A stretch of 64,000 nt of DNA from Elsinoe ampelina (Eukaryota): contig ML992502.1 in the NCBI GenBank assembly GCA_010093995.1, positions 923,001-987,000 of the forward strand, given 5' to 3'. A program made the position numbers and the translations under genes. The notes under the pieces were generated by a model, which saw nothing but the letters and a program-made list of their open reading frames with translations, was not told the origin of the DNA and made no database searches. The first letter of the stretch is position 1; each line of letters starts with the position of its first letter. Of the stretch, positions 46,202 through 58,030 are shown one piece after another.

Positions 46202-48557
46202 ATGTCCAGTCCACCGCCCAAGCGGGCAAGCAGCAAGAAGAGAGGGACTACACCGCAGCCCAATGGCACATCTAGCGACGATGTACGTGTCGCCCCAGGT
46301 GGAGCGACAGCGAAGAGCCAGTCTGGAGAATGGGACCACAAGCTTGCCTTTGCGATCATCACGATTTTGGCATTCGTGACCAGATTCTGGGGCATCACGC
46401 ATCCGGACCAGGTTGTCTTCGATGAAGTGCACTTTGGCAAGTTCGCCTCGCACTATCTGCAAAGGACCTACTTCTTCGATGTCCATCCTCCTTTTGGCAA
46501 GCTTCTCTTTGCCTTTGCTGGCTGGCTCGTTGGGTATGATGGCTCGTTCCTTTTCGAGAACATTGGAGACTCGTACATCACCAATAAGGTGCCTTACGTG
46601 GCGTACCGAGCAATGCCAGCCACCCAAGGAGCACTGACGGTCGCTACGGTCTATGGCATCATGTGGGAGAGTGGGTACTCGCTACCAGCATGCATTCTCT
46701 CCGCTGGTCTGGTTCTCTTTGACAACGCGCACATTGGGCAAACCCGCCTCATCCTGCTTGACGCTACACTCGTCTTCTTCATGGCGCTCTCCGTTTGGTC
46801 GTACGTTAGGTTCTACAAGCTCCGGGACGCACCATTCAGTCGAAAGTGGTGGAAGTGGTTGCTCCTTACCGGTATCAACCTCAGCTGCGTCATCTCGACA
46901 AAGTACGTGGGAGCTTTCACGTTCTTCTCCGTGGGTGTACCAGTGGCGATCGATCTTTGGGATCTGATGGATGTCAACCGGAAGAAGGGTGCTTTGACTC
47001 TGGTGGAGTTCGGCAAGCATCTCGCTGCTCGAGTCATCGGTCTGATCGTGGTCCCCTTCCTCTTCTATCTGTTCTGGTTCCAGGTCCACTTTGCAATCCT
47101 CAACAGGTCAGGACCTGGTGACGACTTCATGAGCCCGCAGTTCCAGGAGACTCTGTCGGAGAATGCCATGTCTGCTCAGTCTGTGGTCATCAACTACTTC
47201 GATGTCATCACCATCAAGCACAAGGAAACCAAGGTCTACCTCCACAGCCATCCAGATCAGTATCCCCTAAGATATGAAGATGGACGGGTATCTTCCCAGG
47301 GGCAGCAAGTAACAGGTTACCCGCACCTCGATGCCAACAATGGCTGGAAAATCTACCCATATGCTGAAATGCCGGACCAGAAGGGCAATGTGGTTGTTAA
47401 TGGTGATATCGTGCGCCTCAAGCACGTCGTGACAGACACATTTTTGCTCACGCACGACGTCGCGTCTCCTTACTACCCTACGAACCAGGAATTCACTACT
47501 GTTTCGACCGAGCTGGCTATGGGTGAAAGGCACAACGATACTCTGTTTGAGATCAAGATAGAAGGTGCCAAGGCTCAGCACCCATTCTCGACGATGTCTG
47601 GCCAGTTCAAGCTTATCTCCCACCCCTACAAAGTCGCCTTGTGGACCCATACCAAGCCCCTGCCTGACTGGGCCTTCAAGCAAGCGGAAATCAACGGAAA
47701 CAAGAATCTGCTCCAGACAAGCAACATTTGGTATGTCGACGACATTGTTGGTCTGCCGGAGGATAGTCCTCGCCGAGTCAAGGAGGAAAAGAAGGTCAAG
47801 ACCATGCCATTCTTGTCCAAGTACCTCGAGTTGCAGAGGGCTATGTTCTTCCACAACAACGCTCTCACCAGCAGCCATCCGTACTCCAGCTTTCCTATTC
47901 AGTGGCCATTCTTGCTCCGTGGTGTTTCTTTCTGGACAGAGAACGATACGAGACAGCAGATCTACTTCCTCGGAAACCCAATCGGCTGGTGGCTCACTAG
48001 CTCCCTTCTTGCGGTCTTTGCAGGTATCATCCTGGCCGACCAAGCTACCTTGAGGCGTGGTGTTGATGCAATGGACAAGCGTAAGTCACTCAATTCTCAT
48101 CTCAATAGAAATGACTGATGATCATGTAGGCACTCGCTCCCATCTGTACAACAGCACCGGTTTCTTCTTCCTCACCTGGGCAGCCCACTATATCCCCTTC
48201 TACATCATGGGGCGCCAGCTCTTCCTGCATCACTATTTACCGGCTCATCTCGCCAGCGCTCTAGTCACAGGGGGTCTGGTCGAGTTCATCTTCAACATCG
48301 ACCCCAACACTGTCGAGGATAACATCGCGGCGACCTCGAAAGGCAAGGCCACCCCAGCACCGATCACAGGCAAGGTCAGGGGCAAGCTCGCCACTCAGAG
48401 CTTAATCGCCACATGGGCTGCTACTGGCGCGATCTTGTCCGTTGTCATCTGGTGCTACATCTTCTTCGCTCCTCTCACGTATGGCAAGCCGGGTCTCGAT
48501 GTCGCGGGGGTCCAATCGAGGAAGTGGCTCAACTACGATTTGCACTTTGCGAAATAG
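46202..48557 (+). CDS. PMT4: Dolichyl-phosphate-mannose-protein mannosyltransferase, PMT4 subfamily
   Basis: VVFDEVHFGKFASHYLQRTYFFDVHPPFGK, MIR domains and RQLFLHHYLPAH. One intron at ~48080-48130. Confidence 0.93.
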
Positions 48558-48769
48558 GCAAACAGATCTGGGGAAGCCCAGCACAGATTGTTCAGCTAGG
48601 TGCAATAGGCTGGGACGGAGTGGTTGTAGCTGCCGCCTTTGCGCAGAGGGCGGCGGTATGGCAGACAGAGCATTCTCCCCTTAGCGCAAAACAAGGCAAA
48701 CGGCAAGATGGGGGCGCACATGCCATTTAGCTTGACGGAATGCATGAGACATGTATCTTATTTTACATC

Positions 48770-49990
48770 CTATCACGCACTCCCCGGACCTCCCGTCCAA
48801 CCATCCTTCCACCACCTCCCCATAACCCCAAGCGTATTCTCACTAATCCTCCTCTCCAAACTAAACCTCTTCCTCCCGTCCCCGTCCTCCTCCCCGTCCC
48901 CCTTCCCCTCCCCTCCCTCCCCCTCTAATTGCTAAAACTCAAACTCCCCCTTGAACCCATCCAAATCCATGCCCGGTCCCACCTTCTCCATCAGATCCCT
49001 CCTCCCCATCATGCCAAAAATCCTCCGCAACGTATCAAACAAATTCGTGCTCTGATTCTGCATCATCATCTTCTCAATCTTCTCCTCAATCTCCCTATCC
49101 GTCTCCCCACCCACCAACTCCCTCGCCTTCTCTTTCCCCTCCCTCTCCACGACTCTATGCATCGCCAGCGCCCCGAGCAAGTGTCCCGCTGCTTCGGCGT
49201 AGCACCCGATGTTGATGCACGACACGCCGAGGTTGTACCGCGCCCTCACGAAATTAGGACGCAGTTCGAGCGCGTGGCTGTACGCGTCGATGGCCTCTTC
49301 GCTCTGGCCCGAGTTGGCCTTTGTCGCGCCGAGCCTGTTCCAGAGGAGGTGCACCTCTGATTTGGAGTTTGTGATGCCGTCTTCGGTGCTGGCGAGGGCG
49401 GCTTCGAAGCAGTCGATTGCCTTGTCGTATTCTTCCGCGCCGTAGAAGAGGACGCCCAGACCGACCTGCACGTCGGGGTCCATGTGTTCGCCGGAAGGGG
49501 AGAGTTGGGCGGCGCGCAGGAAGAGTTGGGTGACTTTGGCGTGGAGGGCGTGGCGGTCGGTGAAGCCCATTTCGAGCTCGGCGGTGTCGGACGTGAGGGG
49601 CTCGGTGATCAGCGAGGGGTATTTTGTGGCGACCCAGCGTTCGAGGGTGCGGTAGGCGGTGCTGTCGTAGCCTTCGTTGGTGTAGGAGACGGCGAGCGAC
49701 ATTAGGGCGGGGAGGTTTTGGGGGTCGAGCTTGACGGCGCGTTCGAGGGAGCGGATGGCCGGGGTTTCTTTTTCGTTTTGGGCTTGTGCTTGGCCCAGGG
49801 CTGTCCATGCTTCGACGTGTTGGGGGTTGTTTTGGACGGCGGCTTCGAAGGCGAGGGCGGCGAGGGAGAGGTTGCCGCCTTCGTTCATGATGCGCATGCC
49901 TTCTTCGAATGCGTTCGGGATCTGCTTGAAGAAGTTGTCCTCCTCGAAAAGGTAGTCGCCAAGTTCAGGGTCTTGTGTTGTGTGGGTGTT
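48770..49990. other. Skew-inversion domain H (switch ~49200-49350)
   Basis: C-rich from the PEX5 3' flank to ~49170; G-rich at 49450-49990. Confidence 0.85.
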
Positions 49991-50927
49991 GAGTCCGTCA
50001 AAGTTCTGCCACTGCTCGCTGTCCATGTCGCCGCCGATGTGGAGGTTCTCGCCATAATCGTCGTATTCGGCCATTTTCCTGAGAGATTCGTTTTCAGCTT
50101 GTATACCTTTCCAGATATTCTCAAAGTCTCCGAAATTCGTCTCGGAATAGGGATCTTGTTCTACTGACCTGTCAATTCCATTGAGCTCTGCTTCCATGGC
50201 TGCATTTGCCTCACGGTCTAGAGCCTCTTGATCCTCCCCTTGCTCGAGGTTGGCAAATTGTGCTTCCCAGTCTTGATCGTCCAGTTCCACCATCCGGCCT
50301 TTCCCTTTCAGGTCTTGTGGCTGCTGCTGTTGTTGGAACCCAGGTCCGAATGACCGCTGCATCCCCATGCCCATTCCGCCGTATCCGCCATACATGTTGC
50401 CCATCGAGGGTCGGTACGTGCTCATCATCGGCTGTGATTGCTGAAGTGGACTTGTCGCGGAAGCTCTCTGCGCCTGCTGGAAGGTGGCAAAGTCCGTCGG
50501 GCTGAAGGCTCCATTTGCAGGACGCTGGAACGGTTGATCCATACCTTTCTGATGTGGAATACCCGGATCAAACTCTTGCGCCCAGTTCGGTGAAGCGCTC
50601 CGCCGCTGTGTGTTCTCAAGCTCCCTCCTCATTTGCTCCATGGCAAAGGGTTGTGACGCCGGGCCTTGCGGTAGCTGTGCATTTTGCTGCATGAACTCGT
50701 CCATCATCTACTTAGCATTAGCTGAAGCCTAGCTTTGCTAGTGTTACAAAGCATACCGCATCTTGTGGCCCGCCCATGGTCTGCGAACGCATACTCTCCC
50801 CGAGGCCGCCAGGACCCCTGCCGACAAGGCGGTCCCGCTGTAAAGATCGATCATCTTGTGTATGCTTCGTAAATTGTGCCAGTGGGTTGGCCCCAGTCGA
50901 ACATTCGGGGCCGCCGAGGAACGACAT
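48932..50927 (-). CDS. PEX5: Peroxisomal targeting signal 1 receptor Pex5
   Basis: MSFLGGPECS with the conserved N-terminal Cys, WxxxF motifs (WAQEF, WEAQF) and TPRs (LWNRLGATKAN, RARYNLGVSCINIG). One intron. Confidence 0.95.
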
Positions 50928-51410
50928 CGCTGTGTGCGCTCGCAAGGGTGGCGGGGAATGAGTTCGTGAACGAAGGATAGCACGGAAGCAAACCAACCAC
51001 AAAGGAATACAAGCTGTATTTTGAGATGCGTGAAGCAATATGCACAGGTGGAGTTGATCTGTAATTATTGCCTTGGCTGCGGAGTGATCAACGCAGCAGA
51101 AGCCGAGGCACCGTCATCGGCTGTGGGGTTGCCCCTGGGGCAAATTCACATGCTTACAATTTTTGTGTCCCCCTACACGTTTCAAACACCAGAAGTGTGC
51201 AAGGACGTTCATTATAATCCATAAGGTAGCACAGTATACAGTTAGGTCAAATACTTGAAAACGTACAGTATAAGAACACATTATGCAAGCTTTTGAACTT
51301 GTCATTGTCATCTGTCTACAGAAGCAACGCGATCCTAGAATGCACAGTAAAGGGACGAACAGCGCTGTCGACGCCGTTGATATCTCGTATTCTACAGGTG
51401 TTCTCCGTCT

Positions 51411-53740
51411 CTAGTACTTCCTGGCGAAAGGTGGTACCGCCTTGCACTCGTTCTCATCCAGGGTGTGGGCGACCACACCGCGGTAGCCGATGTCGACCTT
51501 GGAGTGCGGCTCCTTCTGCCACGTGAGAGTGTGCTTCATCCAGTTCTCGTCGTCACGGTCGGGGTAGTCCTCGCGGGCGTGGGCACCACGAGACTCTTTA
51601 CGGTTGGCGGCGGCCTCGGCGGTCTGGACGGCGCAGGTGAGCAGGTTGCGGAGTTCGAGAGTCTCGACGAGATCCGAGTTCCAGATCATGCTGCGGTCCT
51701 TGATGCCGACCTGGCTGAAAGTAGAATCCACATCACGCATCTTCTTGACACCCTCGTCGAGCGATTCCTGCGTCCTGAAGACACTGACATCCGCTTGCAT
51801 AACTTTCTGCATGGCAGACCTGATTTCGTTAGTGCTCTTGGGGCCGCTCGAAGTCCTGACAGAGTCGATAACCGAGATGGCCTCGGCACCTGCATCTGCT
51901 GCGATCGGTTGGAGTTTCTGGCCAGGGGTGAATCGGTCTCGAATGGTGTGGCTGACGGCGCGGCCGAAGACAACGAGATCGAGGAGGGAGTTGGCTCCGA
52001 GACGGTTGGCACCGTGAACAGACACACAGGCCGCCTCTCCACAGGCGAAGAGTCCTGGGACGACCTGATCCTTGCCCTGAGAGTCAACTGTGAGAACCTC
52101 ACCCGTATACTTCGTTGGAATTCCTTGCAACTTGTTAGCTTCAGAACAACGACAACGGCTTTAAAAACTTATTCCCATATTGTAATGTACAGTGGGAAGC
52201 ACAGGGATAGGTTGTTTACTATTAGAAGTGTCAGTATCGAATGGTATAGGCCAAAAGGTGGTTTGGGTGAGGAAAAAAAGGGGGCTTGGCAAATGAAGTC
52301 GGGAAGTCCCGGGGATGGCTTGGCGCGACGAACGCCACTCCAGACCAGCCCGGAACACCGAAATTGTGGAAGACCTGAGGTGGATACTCACCGGACGTCG
52401 ACTCCAGCGAAAATCGAGGCGGTTTCAGAAATACCAGGGAGACGCTCGTGGAGAACCTCAGGCGGCAAGTGAGAGAGCTGCAGGTAGATGTGATCCTTCT
52501 CTGGTCCAACACCGCGACCCTCACGGATCTCCATAGTCATTGATCGAGAGACGACATCTCGAGAAGCCAGATCCTTCGCAGTCGGGGCATAACGCTCCAT
52601 AAATCGCTCACCCTCGGAGTTGAGGAGGTAGCCTCCCTCACCACGAGAACCTTCAGTGATCAAGCAACCAGCTCCATAGATACCAGTTGGGTGGAACTGG
52701 ACGAACTCGAGATCCTGGTTGGGAAGACCGGCGCGGGCGACCATGGCCATTCCGTCACCAGTGCAAGTGTGAGCAGATGTGCAGGAGAAGTATGCGCGTC
52801 CGTATCCGCCGGTGGCAAGAACGGTGTTGTTGGCGTGGAAGCGGTGGATGGTTCCGTCTTCCTGGTTGTAGGCGATGACACCCTTGCAGACACCATCCTC
52901 CATAATCAGGTCGGTGGCGAAGTACTCGATGAAGTAGTTGGTATTGTGCCTGAGAGATTGTCCGTAAAGAGTGTGCAGAAGGGCGTGACCAGTCCTGTCA
53001 GCTGCGGCGCAACATCTGTATGCCTGGCCACCCTGACCGAATTTCTGGCTTTGACCACCGAACGCGCGCTGGTAGATCTTCCCATCCTCGGTTCTCGAGA
53101 AGGGGCAACCGTAGTTCTCGAGCTCGTAGACACTGGCGGGCGCCTCACGGGTCATGTAGTGAATGGCATCCTGATCACCAAGCCAATCTGAACCCTTGAC
53201 TGTGTCGTACATGTGCCACCTCCAGTCATCCTCGTGCATACTGTCGCCACTTATCAGTATACCCCTATACCGATACATCTTCGCCACTTACTTTCCCAAA
53301 GCGGCATTGATACCACCCTGAGCAGCGACCGTGTGACTTCTGGTCGGGAACAACTTGGATATGCACGCTGTGTTGAATCCTGCCTCTGCCAGACCGAATG
53401 CTGCTCTTAAACCTGATCCACCGGCTCCTACAACAAGAGCATCGTACTCGTGATCGATGACCGGGTACTTGTTGGAGATGAATGGAGATGCCTCCTTTGC
53501 GCGTAACGGCTGATTCGTGATGATCTTTGCGGCTGGCGCTGTGCGGGAAAAGTTGCGTAGTTGCTGTCTCTGAAAGCTACGGGGCAGCTGACATGAATCT
53601 TCAGTATGCGCCCACCAAACAATGTCGCCACGAAAACAAAAATGACTGCTTCGGAGCTGCGGGGACGACAAAGCACGTGGGAGAAGGGGCTAGCTCACCT
53701 TGGAAACTGCCTGTAGCGGTCTCAAGCCAAACGAGCTCAT
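51411..53740 (-). CDS. SDH1: Succinate dehydrogenase flavoprotein subunit
   Basis: Exons 53740-53699, 53587-53292, 53240-52392, 52218-52173 and 52124-51411. [33 protein letters not shown] and [11 protein letters not shown] motifs. The last intron is non-canonical AT-AA. Confidence 0.97.
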
Positions 53741-53909
53741 TTTGACAACGCAGTACACTTGGAGAGTATGGGAAGTCAAATTGAGGGTGTAGGAAATGGA
53801 AGAGGGGAGAGTGGTAGACGAAGTGCAAAGACAGATTCCCAGGGAAGTGTATGATGAAGTTGGAGGCGTTCCCTCGGCTGTCGACGAGCAAAGATCGGGG
53901 GGCAACTGA

Positions 53910-53914
53910 CCAAT
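53910..53914 (+). promoter_or_regulatory. CCAAT box upstream of SDH1 (candidate CBC/HAP site)
   Basis: TGACCAATCA lies ~170 bp upstream of the SDH1 ATG. Respiratory genes are typical CCAAT-binding-complex targets. Confidence 0.4.
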
Positions 53915-54375
53915 CACATCAAGCATTAATACGCATCATTCGAGATCCAGATCTGGCTTGGCTTCTGCGCGGATCTGCCTTTCGGCTCTCACATGCATTT
54001 ACGTGCGTGGTTGGAAATGGTTGGACGAGATCTCAGGTTGGGGGTGCCTTTCCCGTATGAGTTCTTTCCCTCAGGAAATTCGATCACTTGGAGGACTTTA
54101 ACCTCACTTTACAAGTGTACGCCAGATTTACCACTGCTGGACTTCATCTCATTCGAAATACCTTGCTGCCGTTAAAAACTCATCACACCATGCTGAACAG
54201 GATGACATCTCACGAAGAAGATTTTTTCAGGTTCCGCTCTATCGCAATTGATATATTCAAGGAATGTACATGCGGTCCTGAGACGCTGCTCTTGGTCTGA
54301 CCGGAACGCCACGCTATGTCGCCAACACAGGTATACGAAACAAGCCACATCTCTATCCCATCTTCGGTCCTTCCA

Positions 54376-56488
54376 TCACGGCATCTCTTCCTCGTTCCGA
54401 GACTTCTTCTTCTGAAGCAACGATCCGAATTTTGCCTTGCTTCCCTCAGTCTCGGTGTCGCTCTGATCCGCATCCGTGCTCATGCCGAGATCAGATTCGG
54501 CACCGGAGGGCAGCTTGGACGGGCTGCGACTCCTTTCTTCTAGACCACCGGGTTGTGCAAGTTGTGTGAACGTCAATGCCTCGTCGAGGCGTCGGCTTCG
54601 TTTGCTGCGGAGACTTCGTCGCCGGAGAGAAGTACCAGGTATGTGATCGACGCCACGACGCAGAGATTCAGCCACGATGGCGCTGAGTGAGCCACTCAGC
54701 GGGTTGGTCAAAGGGCCAGGATGCGGCAACATGTCTGCGATCGAATGCCTGCCGATACTGCCAAAGCGAGGTGTTGTTGCACTCGATGGCTCTGGAAATG
54801 GAGCGTTTTCTGGTGTTCGAGGACGCTCTTGCGTGGTGGACCGGAGTAGCGGCGATGATGCATCTGGACTTCGCAGCAGATTCACAGATCGCTCGGACAT
54901 GGCCGATGTAGGTAGGACCGGTTCAGACGTGGTCGCATGCATGCGAGGCTTCCTCGATCGTTCTGGTGAATCAGAAGGCCCTCTCATCCTGGCCGGACTG
55001 TGGTGTACAGCGGCGTTGGCCGCAGGTGCATGAGCTGACACAAGCGCTCCTGGAAACAGATCTTCTGGCACTTCCAGCGGCTCAGCATTGTCCGAGCTGG
55101 TGTCAATCTTCAGGATAGGACCGGCCGACATGGAAGATTTGATCCTCTGAGGCGTATGAGGTCTGGCGGATCTAGTGCTCCTTCCGTACGCAGGTTCGGC
55201 ATCATCCGTATAGAGATGGATGCCCTCTTCCTCGTCTGATGACCCTTCCTCTTCATCTTGACTGTCTTTACCACGACCCGAAGTAATGCACCACACTCCC
55301 AGAAAGGTCAACGCACATCCGGCGAAGAATTTGACGGCATCTTCCGCGGATTTGCGCTCAAAGTCTCGATAGAGAATCGCGCTGCCGATGATGACGGACA
55401 GAGTGAACATGACGAATTGAATAGGTATGACCTGGGTGGAGTCGAATCTCTGCAGTGCCCGGTTGACGTACTTGATCTGCGCAATCGCTGTCCCGATGAG
55501 AACGAAGAGCAGGAGATACGTCACGGGAAAAGTCACGACTCTCCAGATGGTATTCGAGAGAAGTGAAGCAACGCCTTTGGTGGACAGAGCAGTATAGCCA
55601 CCTGTAAATGTCAGCAAGAATGACCGTCGCCATGTGCATGACGTGCTTACCAAAGAGACCGACAAGACCAAGATCAATGAGAATGCTCTTATCGCCGTAT
55701 TTGTTGCTTGCCACAATGAGCACCACCGTCAAAAACGCAGTAATACCAAAGTACGTCTCAAACTCCCAAGTGCTTATGAGAGCCCAAATTTGATCCGCCG
55801 TCAGCTTCGGATTGTTCCCACTCGCACTGAGCACCACCACGACACACCCAGCCACAGCAATGACCACACCCAACGCATCCTTCTTCCTAAACTTCTCATG
55901 CAACATCCACGGCGCGATCAAGCAATTCGAGATCAACGCCACCACTCCCAACGGCGACACAATCGACGCCGGCGCAAAACCATACGCCAGGAAATTCCCA
56001 CACTCCCCCACCACCATCAGACTGATCCCCAACCACCACCACCCACTCGACAAATAGCTCTTATCCTTCACCTCCCCCTTCTCCTCCCTCCCGGAGCCCA
56101 CAGTATACACCGAATCCCTCCTCTCCCCATCCTCAAGCAGCGCCTCACTCTCCCCCCGTTTGAAAGTCAAACTCTCCCTCCTACTCCCCCCCTCCAACGT
56201 CCCCCTCCTCTCCCTCGTCTGCCCCGTCCCATCTTCCTGCGCAGTCCCATACCCTCTCGTCACCTCTCTCTTCCTCCCCTTATCGCTCCTCGCCTTCGAT
56301 TCCTGCTCCCGCTCCTCCCGCTCCCGGTTCAGCTTGATGTGGGCGTATCGTTGCGTGTTCAGCGCGAAGGAAATGAGGATGTTACCCACGATGGCGACGA
56401 CGATGCCGATGATGCTGCTCCAGCCGCCGGCCGGGGGGTCGGCGCGCATGTGCCATTGGGGGTGGAGTGGGAGGGTTGGGTTGGCCAT
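54376..56488 (-). CDS. NIPA-family (DUF803) Mg2+ transporter-like protein
   Basis: ILISFALNTQRYAH, GECGNFLAYGFAPASIVSPLG and YVNRALQRFDSTQVIP motifs. Intron at ~55602-55650. An in-frame upstream ATG at 56806 makes the start uncertain. Confidence 0.88.
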
Positions 56489-56600
56489 GGGGGCTGTGAA
56501 GGGGGTGGCCTGCGAGGGTTTATCGGGGATTGGAGGAGGTTTCGAGGGGCATTCTCTGGCAGGTCGGTGATGGGATGACCGTGGGAGTGGCGACTGCACA
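55800..56600. other. Skew-inversion domain I (switch ~56330-56350)
   Basis: C-rich at 55800-56325 and G-rich at 56400-56600, extending upstream of the likely ATG. Confidence 0.8.
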
Positions 56601-56884
56601 GATAATGTGGTGAGTGCTGATAGTATTCCGGGGAGGCTGCAGTGCTCCGAGGAGCTGGAACAGCGAAAGTTGTCGAGAAAATGGACCTCCCGTGGTGATG
56701 CCTCGATTGTCGTGAGATCGGAAATCTGGGATTCAAGACGCCATTGGCACGGTGCACCAGATCGCGAACTGCGAAGCACATGCTCGGGAGAAATGATATG
56801 TTTCATGCATCTATCTGTGGCATTCCAATAATGTACATAATCTACAGCTCACCTGAGCATTTGAGCCAAATATGAATTCTCAGC

Positions 56885-58030
56885 TCATGCCATTCCGATA
56901 GCCTTCCTGACCATCTGCATGGTGGCGTTCGCTGATTCCGATGCACGCTGAGCACCAAGCTGGGCGGCGTCCTCGATTTGCCTTCCTCCATCCGCCTCAA
57001 TCTCCACATATCTGTTCCTGATTGGGTCCAGCTTTGCATTGATGATAGCTGCGACCTGACCCTTGAATGCCTTGAGTGATAATCCTGCGTAGCCCTTGGC
57101 CAAATCGGCCGCCGATGTAGCCCCCTGGTCATCCAAACTGAAAGCGATTTCGAGTAGATTCGACACGCCAGGTCGTTTCGTAGGATCATACGAGATTCCC
57201 TCAATCGAATCCGTCAGCGCGACCTTGATCTTCTTCTCGACATCCTCCTTGCTGTCTGTCAAATGAATGCGGGACTTCGGGTTGGCGTGAGATTTAGACA
57301 TTTTCTGCGTCGGCTTGTCCAGGGCCATGACACGTTTGGCGGGCGATATGAGCGTCTGTGGTGGCAAAAGTATCTGTCCATACAGGTGGTTGAAGCCGGT
57401 CGCACATTCCCGGGCGAATTCCAGATGCTGGCTCTGATCCTCTCCGACTGGCACATGGGTAGCGCGATGTACGAGAATATCGGCAGCTTGTAGCACTGGA
57501 TACGAGAAGAGACCTAGCTTCAGCTTGGCTTTGGACGATGTTTCTAAGGGGTCGGCCGAGTCATCCAGTTCCAGCTTGCTTTTCCACTGCGTCATGCGAG
57601 ATAGGTAGCCCATAGAAGCATTACAGCTCAGAATCCACATCAACTCCGAGTGTTCAGGTACCATGGACTGGTAAAAGATGGTCGAGCGTTTTGGGTCGAG
57701 ACCGACTGCCAGCAATGTTGCAAAGGTCTCCTTCCGGCGTCTCTGAAGCGCGGCAGCATCTTGCGGCAGAGTAATCGCATGCAGATCAACGACCGAGAAG
57801 AAAAGCTTCGTTCCAGGATCAGCCTCGTCTTGAAGCTTGACCCATTGCTGCAGAGCTCCCAGGTAGTTCCCAAGATGCGGTATACCAGTGGGTTGAATGC
57901 CGGAGAAGATGACCTTTGACTTGGCCGCTCCCGTGCTATGGAGGCTTTTCGATGTCCATGTCAATTCCGCCTGAAACAATCCGACCTTCGGTCGTGCTGC
58001 TGTTAAAGCCCGACGTGCCACCAGAAACAT
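56885..58030 (-). CDS. MSW1: Mitochondrial tryptophanyl-tRNA synthetase
   Basis: SGIQPTGIPHLGNYLGA, YPVLQAADIL, VPVGEDQ and KMSKS motifs; presequence MFLVARRAL. Confidence 0.95.
   Translation of the reverse strand: MFLVARRALTAARPKVGLFQAELTWTSKSLHSTGAAKSKVIFSGIQPTGIPHLGNYLGALQQWVKLQDEADPGTKLFFSVVDLHAITLPQDAAALQRRRKETFATLLAVGLDPKRSTIFYQSMVPEHSELMWILSCNASMGYLSRMTQWKSKLELDDSADPLETSSKAKLKLGLFSYPVLQAADILVHRATHVPVGEDQSQHLEFARECATGFNHLYGQILLPPQTLISPAKRVMALDKPTQKMSKSHANPKSRIHLTDSKEDVEKKIKVALTDSIEGISYDPTKRPGVSNLLEIAFSLDDQGATSAADLAKGYAGLSLKAFKGQVAAIINAKLDPIRNRYVEIEADGGRQIEDAAQLGAQRASESANATMQMVRKAIGMA

Noticed and set aside
23561..50927. Possible peroxisomal gene cluster (PXMP4, PTS1 acyltransferase, PEX5)
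   Set aside because: PEX5 is over 20 kb away, with unrelated housekeeping genes in between.
52125..52172. Reading the SDH1 AT-AA intron as a U12-type intron or as a pseudogene lesion
   Set aside because: It lacks the U12 donor and branch consensus, and the rest of SDH1 is intact with all motifs.
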